Positions 63,784 to 64,000 of a stretch of DNA of 64,000 nucleotides are shown in pieces; position 1 is the first letter of the stretch; each line of letters begins with the position of its first letter. This stretch comes from an uncultured virus (IMG/VR IMGVR_UViG_2061766007_002377) (Duplodnaviria; Heunggongvirae; Uroviricota; Caudoviricetes). The DNA lies in IMG/VR virus record IMGVR_UViG_2061766007_002377; one strand, given 5' to 3'. The notes below the pieces were generated by a model that saw only the letters and a program-made list of their open reading frames with translations, was not told the DNA's origin and did not search any database. A program made the position numbers and the translations under genes.

Positions 63784-64000
63784 GAAAGAATATCATCTTG
63801 CTTATCCTCGTCATTGTGGCCGTGTTCTCGTTTGTCTCATGCTCAACAACAGACCACTACATCCCTCAGACTGTGGACATAAGCAGTCAGACGGCAACAC
63901 TGTTTGCTCAAAGGCCGGACAACAGCAACTTTGCGGTTCACAGTGAAGTCAAGGATTTCTTTGACATGGTGGACAACGCTTCATCCTATCTTGCAGCATG
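63780..64000 (+). CDS. Lipoprotein (o-spanin-like), runs off the window
   Basis: MRKNIILLILVIVAVFSFVSC signal/lipobox read from the sequence. Confidence 0.5.
   Translation, partial: MRKNIILLILVIVAVFSFVSCSTTDHYIPQTVDISSQTATLFAQRPDNSNFAVHSEVKDFFDMVDNASSYLAA

Overview
This is a gap-rich scaffold that seems to merge two closely related temperate lambda-like siphophage genomes. Copy A covers ~1-28.3 kb, has a jumbled early region and breaks off inside the tape-measure gene; copy B covers ~28.3-64 kb. Each copy has a leftward early operon (Cro/Xis, YqaJ-RecT, replication initiator, DnaC-like loader), CI, a tyrosine integrase with an attP-like tRNA 3'-end core, a leftward gpA-type terminase operon and a rightward head-tail operon; RusA genes and several DNA methyltransferases are also present. 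Main highlights: (1) a Cas7/RAMP-like gene (29941-30624) followed by a tRNA-like minihelix and a ~635-nt array of GGY-NN pentamers divided by GGCAGTY into 59/64/99-nt units, then a conserved partner gene; this is a candidate RNA-guided module that appears to sit at different loci in the two phages. (2) A tail-fibre tip shufflon with 8 alternative C-termini, 17-bp crossover sites, an internal chaperone gene and an adjacent tyrosine recombinase (58741-62208). (3) A recurring TAGGTT-N17-TAnnnT promoter class driving tandem promoter-sRNA-terminator units, two carrying anti-Shine-Dalgarno sequence. (4) tRNA-like RNAs with variable cores, a covarying RNA switch before the tail chaperone, and AG-repeat frameshifts in a cytosine methyltransferase. 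All protein calls come from motifs and synteny read by eye; no searches were run.
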